A stretch of 64,000 nt of DNA from Mobula birostris (lineage: Eukaryota): the NCBI RefSeq assembly GCF_030028105.1, contig NC_092386.1, positions 35,828,347-35,892,346 of the forward strand, written 5' to 3'. Positions within the stretch are counted from its first letter, which is position 1, and each line of letters begins with the position of its first letter. Of the stretch, positions 12,573 through 24,369 are shown piece after piece. A program made the position numbers and the translations under genes. The notes below the pieces were generated by a model. The model was not told the origin of the DNA, did no database searches, and worked only from the letters and a program-made list of their open reading frames with translations.

Positions 12573-13389
12573 TATAGAAATATCAAACTGACTTAACTTT
12601 GAACTACACAATTCCACATTATAGAGATCTGTGCAGTGAATGTAAGTAGTCTGCTGCATACAGGCAACTGCAATTGAATTTTTAGCGTGGACCCAAGGTA
12701 AGTTCGTGAACATATTTTGGTGTTTATTATCTTTGCAGAAGGTATTATGCATGTTGTTGAGGCATCTTTCTCGTCTCCGGCAACTGCTTTTCTGCCAGCA
12801 GCATGCATCATTCTGGATGTTGACAGCTACTTTGCTCCACATTATTGATTATAGAGCTTAATGTTATATGTCAAGGACAACAATATTTGCTCAGAGTCCT
12901 TCTAGCTGTATGAAGTTAGAGCCCCACGGTAAATTCCATTGAAATCTCCCCAAATCATTATTATTTTTTTTACATCACTTTCCTGACTTTGTACGATGTC
13001 AAGATTTCTACATTAAAAATGTGGCCTACAGGAAACACACAGTTCTATTAATATTTAAACATTGTTAGAAAATCTCTGGAAAGTTTTTAGTGTCAATCTA
13101 AAATTGATTAAAATGAAATAACAATCCGTTGTAACATACTCATATTTGGCCTACAGTTGGACTGTGTCTCCTCAAGGATCAGCTTGTCTTTGACTTCTGC
13201 AGTTACACATTGTAGTCCTTGAAGCATTGAAGATAGTATACTGAGCTGAAGATCTTCTGCCAAGTACATCCAGACCTTCCACTTTACACCAGTACTGGAC
13301 TGGCACATTAGCTTTATAACCAGAGGAAAGAGCTGATTGGAATTTTTAAAACATAATGAAGTTATGTATTAACAAAGCAACACACACAC

Positions 13390-13759
13390 TGTTGAAAGGC
13401 ATGGACAGAGTGGATGTGACAAAGTTGTTTCCCATGATGGGGGAGTGTAGTACGAGAGGGCATGACTTAAGGATTGAAGGGCGCCCATTCAGAACAGAGA
13501 TGCGAAGAAATTTTTTTAGCCAGAGGGTGGTAAATCTATGGAATTTGTTGCCACGGGCGGCAGTGGAGGCCAAGTCATTGGGTGTATTTAAAGTAGAGAT
13601 TGATAGGTATCTGAGTAGGCAGGGCCTCAAAGGTTATGGTGAGAAGGCCGGGGAGTGGGACTAAATGGGAGAATGGATCAGCTCATGATAAAATGGCGGA
13701 ACAGGCTGGATGGACCGAATGGCCGACTTCTGCTCCTTTATCTTATGGTCTTATGGTCT
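13390..13759 (+). mobile_element. CR1 LINE 3' fragment
   Basis: LKGMDRVDVTKLFP...TRGHDLRI...RRNFFSQRVVNLWNLLP. Tail (cttatggt)n. Same family as 50086-51135. Confidence 0.9.
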
Positions 13760-13931
13760 AAAATGCTGGGGGAGCTCAGCAGGTCAGGCAGCATCTATGG
13801 AAATTAATAAACAGTCGTCATTTCAGGACTGGTGAAGAAGCCAGAATAAAAGGGGGCGGGGGAGGAAGCTAGCTAGAAGGTGATTGGTGAAGCCAGGAGG
13901 GTGGGAAAAGTCAAGAGCTAGAGAAAAAGGA

Positions 13932-15687
13932 GCGGAAGGCAGTGGGGACAGGGCCAATAACTTAACCTGTTCTTTAACAGATTTGACATTCCGGCCCCTG
14001 CCCATCCCCCACATGAGCCATCTGTTGTCGGCCCCCAACCAACACATGGTCCACTCTCCTCTCCTACCCCTCCTCACAGTCCCCCACCCTGCTCTCATGA
14101 CTATACCCCTCCCCCACACGAAACCACCATGGTGGGCTTCACAGCTGAACAGGTGAGGAGACAGCTCAAACGTCTCAACCCAAGCAAGGCTGCAGGACTG
14201 GATGGTTTCAGTACCAGGGTGCTCAAAGCCTGTGCCCCTCAGCTATGTGGAGTACTTCGCCATGAATTCAACCTGAGCCTGAGGCTCTGGAGGGTTCCTG
14301 TACTGTAGAAGACATCCTGCCTCGTCCCTGTGCTGAAGACGCTGTGCCCCAGCGGCCTCAATGACTACAGACCGGTGACATTGACCTCCCACATCATGAA
14401 GACCCTGGAGAGACTTATTCTGGAGCTGCTCCGGCCTATGGTCAGGCCACTCTTAAATCCCCTCCAGTTCGCCTACCAGCCCCAACTAGGAGTTGAGGAT
14501 GCCATCGTCTACCTGCTGAACCGTGCCTACGCCCACCTGGACAAGCCAGCGAGCACTGTGAGGGTCATGTTTTTTGACTTCTCCAGTGCGTTCAACACCA
14601 TCCACCCTGCTTTGCTGGGGGGAGAAGCTGACAGTGATGTAGGTGGATGCTTTCCTGGTGTCATGGATTCTTGATTACCTGACTGGCAGACCACAGTATG
14701 TGTGCTTGCAACACTGTGTGTCTGACAGAGTGATCAGCAGCACTGGGGCTCCACAGGGGACTGTCTTGTCTCCCTTTCTCTTCGCCATTTACACCTCAGA
14801 TTTCAACTACTGCACAGAGTCTTGTCATCTTCAGAAGTTTCTGATGACTCTGCCATAGTTGGATGCATCAGCAAGGGAGATGAGGCTGAGTACAGGTCTA
14901 CGGTAGGAAACTTTGTCACATGGTGAGAGCAGAATTACCTGCAGCTTAATGTGAAAAAGACTAAGGAGCTGATGGTAGACCTGAGGAAGCTAAGGTACCG
15001 GCGACCCCTGTTTCCACCCAGGGAGTCAGTGTGGACATTGTGGAGGATTGCAGATACCTGGGGATAAGAATTTACAATAAACTGGACTGGTCAAACAACA
15101 CTGAGGCTGTCTACAAGAAGGGTCAAAGCCATCTCTATTTCCTGAGGAGACTGAGGTCCTTTAACATCTGCCGGACGATGCTGAGGATGTTCTATGAGTC
15201 TGTGATGGCCAATGCGATCATGTTTGCTGTTGTGTGCAGGGGCAGCAGGCTGAGGGTAGCAGACACCAACAGAATCAACAAACTCATTCGTAAGGCCAGT
15301 GATGATGTGAGGATGGAACTGGACTCTCTGACGGTGGTGTCTGAAAAGAGGATGCTGTCCAAGTTGCATGCCATCTTGGACAATGTCTCCCATCCACTAC
15401 ATAATGTACTGTTTAGGCACAGGAGTACATTCAGCCAGAGACTCATTCCACCGAGATGCAGCACTGAGCGTCATAGGAGGTCATTCCTGCCTGTGGCCAT
15501 CAAACTTTACAACTCCTCCCTTGGAGGGTCAGACACCCTGAGCCATAGGCTGGTCCTGGACTTGTTTCCTGGCATAATTTACATATTACTATTTAACTAT
15601 TTATGGTTTTATTACTATTTGATTATTTATGGTGCAACTGTAAGGAAAACCAATTTCCCCTGGGATCAATAAAGTATGACTGTGACT
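13932..15687 (+). mobile_element. 5'-truncated Rex1/Babar LINE (RT pseudogene)
   Basis: LNDYRPVTLTSHIMKTLERL, LQFAYQ, VRVMFFDFSSAFNTI, GAPQGTVLSPFLF. AATAAA plus (tatgac)n tail. 8-bp TSD aaaaagga (13924-13931, 15688-15695). Confidence 0.92.
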
Positions 15688-15909
15688 AAAAAGGAATCTG
15701 AAAGGAGAGGAGAGTGGACCATAGAAGAAAAGGAAGGAGGAGGGGACCCAGGGGAAGTAATAGGCAGGAGAGAAGAGGTAAAAGGTCAGAGTGAGGAATA
15801 GAGGAGTGTGGGGGCGGGGGGATTTGTTTACTGGAAGGAGAAATTAATATCCATGCCATTAGGTTGAAGGCCACCAGACAGAATATAAGGTGTTGCAATG
15901 GAGGCATGG

Positions 15910-16205
15910 AGTACAGAGATAGAGCGCGATAAAGGTTTATGGCCCAACAAATCTACACTGACCATGAACTACTCACTTGCATTAACACTATATTAATTCT
16001 TATTTTCATCAACTCCCCTGGCTTTTACTACTCACGAATATATTTGGGACAGTCAATGATAGCCAGGTAACCCACACATCTTTGGGATGTGGTTAGAATC
16101 TAGAAGACCCAGGGGCAAGCTACAGACAGCACCCAAGCTCAGGATGGAGCCTGCCTTGGTGGTGCTTTTAGGCAGCTGCTCTACAGCTGCATCACTGTGC
16201 TGCCC
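15910..16205 (-). mobile_element. tRNA-derived SINE (HE1/V-SINE-like), decayed
   Basis: Minus strand begins gggcagcacagtgatgcagctgtagagc (A-box-like head) and ends in a CR1-like tail. Confidence 0.55.
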
Positions 16206-16904
16206 AGTATTTATTGGTTATTGAAAAATGTGAACCAGTGTCACCACCATCCCCATAACCTGCCACTTCGATCCTTAACATGTGGTGTTCAACTGATCGT
16301 TAATCATCACTAATTATTTTTGTCCCTATTGGAAACAAAAACAGAAATCTGAAAATAAATGTAACATTTTTCTGTATATTTTAATGAACTGTGAAGATCA
16401 GTAGAAAAATATAATACATTTCAGATTAAGACAATGTTGGTAAAATGCTTGAGCCTGTGCTCATGTTTTTATGAAGTACTCTCCTGCCCTTAGTGCTTGA
16501 CTGTCTTGAAGCAGATTCCCAGCTATGCTCTGAATTAAATAATACATCTTAAGGATTGAAAGAGCTGTAGTTATGTCACCATCAAAGTCTAATTACCACT
16601 ACATCTCTGCCAGAATAATCTTCTACAATATATTTGATCAAACAGAAAACTGATATAAACTTACGTGATATCACATCTCAGAGCAACTATGGCTTAGTTA
16701 GCTGCATTCATGTCTTTGAATCTGAAGGCTGTGGTTCAAGTTGCTCTCCAGAGACTTCACAAGAAATCTAGGCTGACACTTCAGTGTGGTATTGAGGAGG
16801 TGCTAAACTGGTGGAAGTTCAGTCTTTAGAATGAGGCACTGAGGTAGAAGTAAAAGATGCTATGGCATTATTTTAAGTAGAATAGGGGAATGATTCCTGC
16901 AGAC

Positions 16905-16978
16905 CAGGGGTACCCAGTCTTTTTTATGCCATGGACCCTTACCAAGGGGGTCTGTAGAACCCAGGTTGGGAACCCCTG
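16905..16978. mobile_element. 74-bp hAT/Charlie-type MITE
   Basis: TIRs caggggtacccagtct / aggttgggaacccctg. Flanked by ctgcagac (16897-16904) and ctatagat (16979-16986). Confidence 0.8.
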
Positions 16979-16986
16979 CTATAGAT

Positions 16987-19634
16987 CAATGGTCCCAAAA
17001 TGGGAGATATAGCCTCCTCCTCAGAGGTGATGGGAGTTTCCTACAGGGAAATATAAAGGGGACAGTGGGGGAGAGTGCTCAGTAGCAAGGGGGGCAGCAG
17101 AGGGATTACAGGATTAATTTAAGAAATGAGTTACTTATTATAAGCTTTTGATCCTCAGTGTCTCATAATTGATTACAATGATCACGTAATGACCTCATCT
17201 CTTGCTAGCCCACTGTTCTCTTAAACTTTGCTCCTTTGCTCAAAGAGTGTTACAGGGTTGAAAAGCAACATGGTATTTTTGTATTTAGCATATCATGAGA
17301 AATCCAGATAGATTCTGGGCCTGGCCTGTGCATTATTGCCGTTCACTACTGTAGTATGATGTGAGCTAGTATGATTCTCTTACTCTGTCACGCTGTGATG
17401 CAGTTCCCATACATTAGTGTATTGCATTCAATGGGGTAAAGTTCAGAATCTGCCCTTTCGAATAGTCTTGACTGCATTTCTCGAGTGCATGGCCCAACTG
17501 AGATATCTGACTCACTCTACACACCCTCAGGTAGAGAATCAGGTTTTGTTACTTCATAACTTTCTTTTTACTGATTTCTGCGCTTGAGGTTGATTGACCA
17601 TGGTCATTAATCCATAACAAAAATGTCAAAATCAGGTCAAAAGAGAAAGAAGTGCAGACAGTATAGTGTGGAGTATCTGAAATATGAATTTATACTAGCA
17701 CCAAACAACCAAGAGCAGCCAATGTGTCTGTTGTGTGAAAAAAGATTTTTTTTTCCAAATGAGGCAATGAAACGATCCGGGTTCCTTGAACACTTGAAGA
17801 GAATACACTCTAATAAAGCAAACAAGAATCTGGCTCAATTTCAGTCACTTTTTGAAAACTTTCAGAAATGGAAAACACTGCAAAACACTGCCTGCGCTTC
17901 ACAACAAAACTGTTTGTGTGCTTCATGCAACATTTCATTGCTCACTGTTAAATCTGGAAATCCCCATACAATTGCAGAAGAACTGATTCTGCCAGCAGTA
18001 AGGGAGGTCCTGAGTACAGTTTTGCATAAGTCACCAGACCAAATAATTAAAGCAATTCTGCTCATCAATAACTCCGTTCAAAGACAAACAGATCAAATAT
18101 CTGAGAATATGGAAGAGATATTGTGCAGGAAACCTAGGACAACAGAATTTGCTCTGGAGTTAGATGAGTCGACTTTGCCTGGCGATGAATCTTTGCTTCT
18201 TGTTATATTTGCATCTTACAAAGATGAAAGCATGGTTCAAGAGTCGTAATTTTCAAAGGGATGAGAAACAGATATGAAGGGGGAATCAATATTTTGGGTT
18301 GTTGAGCAATTTTTCAAATAGGACATTCCACTCACCAACATTCTTGCTTGTCAAATAGATGGGACACTATCAATGATAGGACACCACTGTGGGTTATTAC
18401 TTTCTTGAGAAAAGCAGTACCTAGCATATTTACCATTTACTGTGTAATTCACAGATAACATTTTGTCACAAAAACCCCTAGTGTTCAGCTGGAAAAATCA
18501 TTTAATGCTGTTATCACAGTGGTGAATAAAACTGTCCCATGCTCTCAATTCTCGACTATTTCAAAAGCGTTGTTTTGAGGATGATCGATAGTTTGAACCC
18601 TTGCTGTTGTGCACAGAAGTCAAGTAGCTCTCCAAAGGAAACTGCTTGAGGGACTTTTATACACTTTTTGAAACTGTGATAAAATTCTTTGAAGATGCAA
18701 ATCCTTCATTCAATAATCAATCCAAAAATATTTGGCATGATATTGCTTATTTGTCAGAATTATTTGCAGTTTAATGAAATCAATTGTTAATTGCAAGGAA
18801 GTAATGTTAATCTTGTCAAAGACGAACCAGCTGCCTTCACATTTATGCCCAAGTTAACCCTATTTACTGTAAGTGCAACATTGGTCATCGTAACATTTCC
18901 TAATTTCTGAACCTCTCTGATTTGGAAAATAAATAATACCAGGTGATAATCTTCAAGTCGACTGTGCTTACCTGGCCAAGCTGCATTAAGACATGTCAGA
19001 GAGAATTTAGGAACTTCTCTTGATACAAATTCTAGATCGGGAATAAATCCATTCTTGAACATTTATAATGAGGAATTAACAGGAATGATGAAGGAAGAAC
19101 TGATCTCATTACAAAATGACTTTGAGCTGAGTCTGAGGTTCACAATATTATACCAAGAATTTTGTTTGCAGGAATAAATCACGGAACGCTATCCTACATT
19201 GTGGAGCGGGTCAAGATGTTCTTTGTTACCTTTTCAACATCATATTTAGTGGAGTGCAGTTTCAGCACATTCACCCAGCTTCTATCAAAGCACTGAAAAA
19301 GGCTGCAAATTACTGAACATGGGGATCTGAGACACCTCCTAAATGACATCTAGCCTGATGTTGAGAAGCTGGTATCACTGCACTAAGCCCATCCATCCAT
19401 CTCATAGAAAGGCGTGAAAAAGCAATGTAGCGAATAGCAGGACTACTAGTCTACCTTTAAATAAATTTGAATATTTTTTGTTAATATTTGTCACTTAGTA
19501 ATATTTTCTTTTACTGTACGTCATAAATCAAAATTCTTCATTTTTTTATGTAATGGCCAGAAAGAGAGAAGTGGTGCTGGTGATGTGGTCTGGGAGCTGA
19601 GGGACAGTAACCCAAACAAGTTTGGAAGCCACTG
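16987..19634 (+). mobile_element. Full-length but decayed hAT transposon (Buster/Charlie group)
   Basis: TIRs caatggtcccaaa / tttggaagccactg. 8-bp TSD ctatagat / ctatagac (16979-16986, 19635-19642). Internal transposase remnant. Confidence 0.9.
17623..19407 (+). pseudogene. Buster-like hAT transposase pseudogene (ZBED5/ZBED8/SCAND3 family)
   Basis: RQYSVEYLKY, BED finger PMCLLCEK...HLKRIH, PHTIAEELILPA, FALELDEST, DGTLSMIG, CVIHR, STSYLVECSFS, C-terminal PDVEKLV..AHPS. Many stops and frameshifts. Confidence 0.9.
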
Positions 19635-19644
19635 CTATAGACAG

Positions 19645-20222
19645 AAGATACTATGCAGACGTGGGAAATCTTCAGCAACACTGACAAAATGCCGGAGGAA
19701 CGCATCCTGACTTAATCCTGATGAGGATCACAACCACGGACTCAGCAGCGCAGCAGATTCGGCAATTGCGCTCGTGAATATGCACATGTCAGCCAATTAT
19801 TATTTCATTGTGATAGTATTTAACTCCATTCATTCCGTCGTAGTGTTTGTCGAGACTTGAACCCAGGACATAGCTACACTTCGCTTTCTGCATTGCCTGA
19901 AAAATTGGACTGTCGAGTCAACTGAATCTGAATACTAGCGGTATTCATTTTATTCTTAGTTATTCTTTTCAGCAGCAGCGCAGGCTTCGTTGTCCATTTG
20001 AGTGTTTTAGTCAATGGCCCTGTTTGGCCTGGAGTTTATTGTTTTCTTTTCCCTTTAACATTGTTCGCATTAAGGTCTGTGAACTATCGACCTGTTTCAG
20101 TGTCTCTCACTCCACACTTGGGCCTTGTCCGAACCCGGTGACAGAAGGCAGTCAGCCCAAAACATCAACTCTTTATTTTGCTCCACAGATGCTGAGTTCC
20201 TCCAGTGTTTTGTGTCTGTTGC
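19645..20222 (+). mobile_element. Penelope-type pseudo-LTR with an inverted partial copy, interrupted in the hammerhead core by an LTR-like insert
   Basis: Arm gcaacactgacaaaatgccggaggaac (19675-19701) is inverted relative to gttcctccagtgttttgtgtctgttgc (20196-20222). CTGATGA at 19718-19724 continues as aggcagtcagccc-AAAAC-atc after 20143. Confidence 0.65.
19722..20143 (+). mobile_element. Probable solo LTR (about 420 bp)
   Basis: Begins TGA, ends GGTGACA, CpG-rich, with an ATTAA polyA-like signal about 70 bp from the end. TSD not resolved. Confidence 0.55.
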
Positions 20223-21315
20223 ATGAGTTATTCCTATATTCTGTCAAATATTTATCCTTCAATCAACATGACTGAAAAAATAGATTACCGCTTCATAATT
20301 GCATTGATGAAGTGTGTCTCATTTATGTTGATTCTCACTGTCATATTTCCCTATTATAAAAGTAATTGCGCATTATTTGTCTTCAGGGCATTCCATAAGG
20401 ACATGTGCTATATAAATGCAAGATACTTACTTCTTTTGAGCATTAATGCTTATTTCTATCCAGCCATAACACAGTATTATTTCAACACTAAATATATGTT
20501 TTCAACTAGAGCACTTAGGTGCCGTTCAAGAGACTGGTGGGAAAAAAATGGAATGCCAATGCCAGATTATCCTGGCCTGCCTCTGATTTATGGATTGCAG
20601 TGAATGAGTCTCCATTGTGCTTAATCCCAAATGTTGCCCTTTCTCTAGACTCCAGAGAATAGCGAATAAGTAGAGTCAAAACAACTCTCCTGAGTGAAGC
20701 AGAACAGATGGGTGAGTTACCTTTAGGCCATTCTTGTGCATTTCCAAGCAATATTTATGGAAAGAAACTTGTAGTTCAAAATAACAAAAGAAATACAAAC
20801 TAAATATCATGGCTTGTACTGCTTTCAATATCATCCCATACAATAGATGACATGCTGTATAATTTAAACGGAAGTTCATCTACGATGTTATGTAAGTGTT
20901 GTGTGAAATAGGCATGCACTTCCTTATTGTTTCCCTCTATTGTGACAATGACATTTCACTAGGAAAACACAGGCACTTAAAATAGGTTGTTATTTACAGT
21001 TTTAGGAAATTGCTATCTTGAAGCTCAAGAGCTGCCTCCTTATTGATTTTCTAAATTGCGCTGTTCATGTGGTAGATTAGTCAGAAGCACTTTAGTGAAA
21101 TTACAGCTGTAATCTCAGGTACTACTTAAGCTTTTTACTAATCTGCTACATTTCTATGTATGTTCCACGTGATCGCGTATAACCAGATAATATAAGCAGC
21201 AAAAACAATTAAAATGTTTGGTTTAATAGACTGATCGCTTCCACTTCCAAATAAAGATTGCAAGCATCTTCGTGCATTTCATCTTTTCTTCAGACAGAAA
21301 ACAATCTAAAATATA

Positions 21316-21878
21316 TCCTCAGAGGGCACATTGTTGGCTACCTCCTGCATCTAATAAAGTGCCCACTGACCGTATGTTCATAGTCTCCTGCTGCTGTAAC
21401 CTATCCACTTCAAGGTTCGACATGTGCATTCAGAGATGTTCTTCTGCAGACCGCTGTTGTAACATTGTATTTTTAGTTACTGTCGCTTTCCTGTCAGCTT
21501 GAACCAGTTTGGCTATTCTCCTCTGACCTCTCTTATTAATAAGGGTTTTTTTTGCCCACAGAACTGATGCTCACTGGATTTTTTTTTGTTCGTTTCTGCA
21601 CCAGTCTCTGTAAACTCTAGAGACTGTTGTGTGTGAAAATTCCAGGAGGTCTTCAGTTTCTGAGGTACTCAGAGCACCCCATCTGGCACCAACAAACATT
21701 TCATGATCAAAGATACTTGGATCGCATTCTTTCCCCATTCTGATGTTTGGTCTGACAGCAACTCTTGACCATGTCTGTATGCTTTCAAGCATTGAATTGT
21801 TGCCACATGATTGGTCGATTAGATATTTGCATTAACAAGCAGGTGTACTTGTGTTCCTAATAAAGTGGCCATTGAGTT
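21316..21878 (-). mobile_element. Tc1-derived non-autonomous element
   Basis: Minus strand encodes the Tc1 N-terminal HTH remnant MGKECDPSIFDHEMFVGARWGALSTSETEDLLEFSHTTVSRVYRDW. Ends ...taataaagtggccattgagt with TA flanks. Confidence 0.8.
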
Positions 21879-24369
21879 TATATTCATGATTACTTCTACT
21901 ACTCTGTCATGATAAGTAAAAATAAAAATGTATCAAACTCATCTGTGCTATCAAAATCAATGTGAGGTTTAATATAATTGCTGATCTAAACAAATTCACT
22001 GGGGGTCAATAACAACCAATTCAGAAGGAATTTTATTTATGAAATTTATTCTTTTCCAGGTGCAATTGATCATCAGTTCAACGAAGTTTATCATGGCTAC
22101 TTAATGCATAAGAGAAAAACATGGTAATAAATGTTTAGGGGAATATTCTGATAGTAAATGATTTATTTTGAATATTGTAATTCTCCAATTGGTGGGAAGT
22201 ACCATTGTACAATTTAGTTAAGTATATGTGTTTTACAGATATTAACATCCATCCAAGCTGCCTCATATGGTAAGTAAATTAGCAACTGCCTTCATTCATA
22301 GCTTTGGATTTCACAAACTGTAACGCTAGACCTGAGTGTTAGTTGCTAGATTAACTGATTTTAAAAAGGTTAATTTTTATTTTCCAGCTTACTGAGTGTG
22401 TTTGGGAAGCATTTCTCGGCAGATGTGTAAATAATGCGATGACCATGTTTCTGTCACAGCAATTGAATCATCAAATAACTCTCAGCAGGCTAGGGCACAT
22501 GAGTCCCCGCCTGTTTGCTTCCTTCTGAACAGTTTAATTTTCAATTGGAATATGTATCAGGTAACTTGTTTTATTCTTAAAGAACTCTTCATGCAGTAAG
22601 TGCCTGATCAAGTTCGCATGGCCCTCGCTAATGCATCCGTGAAGGGCTACAGGGAGCTTATTAAAATGATTTATAGTCTTCACTTAGCTAGGCAACGGTG
22701 TATCATTCCTCCTCCTTTCCTTTCTCTACGTCAATAAGCCCAGTAAGCAAGCTCCCCAACATAAGAACGCCTGCGGTAACGAAACAGAAGCTGCTGGGCC
22801 TATGTTTTTCCACGCTCACTTTGATGTGAATGCCAGGAAGTGCCAACCGCCTTACAGCTTCGACAGTGCCAGAGCACAAGGACATCAGAGGTCTGTGAAC
22901 ACAGTGGGTTCCAGCTGCCAGGATTACCTACTGTTCATTACGGACACCCTTTCCGTGTGACGCGGTTGCTCAAGTGAGGGTGCTGCCAGCATCGCCAATT
23001 GACGAGAAGATCTTAAGGACTGCCGATGTTGGATGTCAAGGGTCATTACACTTTTCCCCCCAGTAAGTTCCCCACAATGACTCGCTGCATGTGAGTTTAC
23101 TCAACTGCTGGGTGAATTCCCAGACCTCACCAAATCCACATTCTCCACTACAGTCACAAAACATGGGGTCAAGCATCACACTTCTGCAACTGGTCCATCA
23201 GTCCATGTCCACATGCGTAGACTGGACACATAAAAGCTGGCAACCACGAAACCTGAGTTTGCAAACACTTGGCATCACACGCCAGTTGAATAGCTCCTGT
23301 GCTTCACATTTCTATATAGTCCCTAAGCCTGTTGGTGGTTGCCGCTCATGTGGCAATTACCGACATTTTAATGAGGCCACAATTCCCGATTATTACCCAG
23401 TCCCACACATCCAGGACTTTACGGCACAATTAGCCAGAAAGTTAATTTTGTCCAAAGTCGATCTAATTAGGGGCTACCATCAGGCTCCTGTGTTCTCAGA
23501 GGACATTCCCAAAATGGTTGTGATAATCCCATTTGGCCTTTTTGAGTTTCTGTGCATGCCATTTGGACTGACAATACAGCACAGGCTGAAAATAAATCCC
23601 AAAGGCAGATGGACTTTGTATTAAAAGACTTAGATTTTCTTTTTGTTTACCTGGATGACATACTTCTTGCCAGTGCATGCAAATCCAAACATATATCTCA
23701 TCGCCCTACACTTTCCAAGTGCTTAAGGCAACATGGGTTGACTATTAACCCTGCTAATGCCAGTCTGGGTTGTCAACCATAGAAGGTGCAAAACACCTCT
23801 CAACAAAAGTGGCCGCTATTACGGATTTCCCACCGCCTCATACTACTAAAAAACTGCTGGAGGTTTTAGGCATGGTGAATTTTTATCACCATTTCACTCT
23901 GCGAGCTGCTGAACTTATGTTTCCCCTATACAGTGTGTTTAAAGGCAATAACTCGAATCGAGTGCTTGACTGGTCAGCAGACAAGACCAGAGCATTTGAT
24001 GATACCAAACAACCTCTTACTAATAGGACCTTCTTGGCACACCTGCTCCCCAATGCACCTGTGGCAATTGCTACTGACGCTTCAGACTATGCTGCGGCTG
24101 TTGTGCACAAACACTTGGTCCAAGGCATGTGGCAGTCACTCACCTTCTTTAGCTGGCTGTTCTGTCCTCCTGAAAGAAAGTACAGCATGTTTGACCATAA
24201 GTCCTTATATGGCTGTCCACTATTTTTGTTTTCTTCTAGGCAGGGTCACTATTTCACAGTGTTCATGAACACAAACCCTTGTACACTCAATGGCCAAAAT
24301 GTCAGACATTTGCTCTGCACTACAGCAATGCCACCTGAGCAACTTATATCAGAATTCACAACTGATATA

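Larger units (their letters stand above)
13372..15900 (-). mobile_element. Penelope-like element 3' end (GIY-YIG C-terminus plus pseudo-LTR), split by CR1 and Rex1 insertions
   Basis: Segments 13372-13389, 13760-13931 and 15688-15900 rejoin. The minus strand near 15840-15896 reads QHLIFCL-(frameshift)-GLQPNGMDINF, matching the PLE endonuclease end EQHLIFRLGSLQPDGMNIDF. Hammerhead stem I retained at 13812-13831. Confidence 0.75.
16690..20436 (+). mobile_element. Deu-domain SINE (SacSINE1/AmnSINE1-like), split into 16690-16890 and about 20223-20436
   Basis: 5' half: tRNA-like head, then ctaggctgacacttcagtg...gtaaaagatgctatggcattatt...gaatagggg. 3' half resumes gagttattcc...aatatttatccttcaatcaacat and ends gctatataaatgcaag. 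Recognised from memory of the family consensus. Confidence 0.7.

Noticed and set aside
17623-18249. 208-aa ORF as a domesticated ZBED-type host gene
   Set aside because: It lies within TIRs and a TSD, and the rest of the transposase has many stops and frameshifts.
22440-22720. Apparent conserved non-coding or exon-like sequence with cag/gtaac
   Set aside because: From about 22565 it translates as Gypsy gag; the upstream part has no supportable exon.
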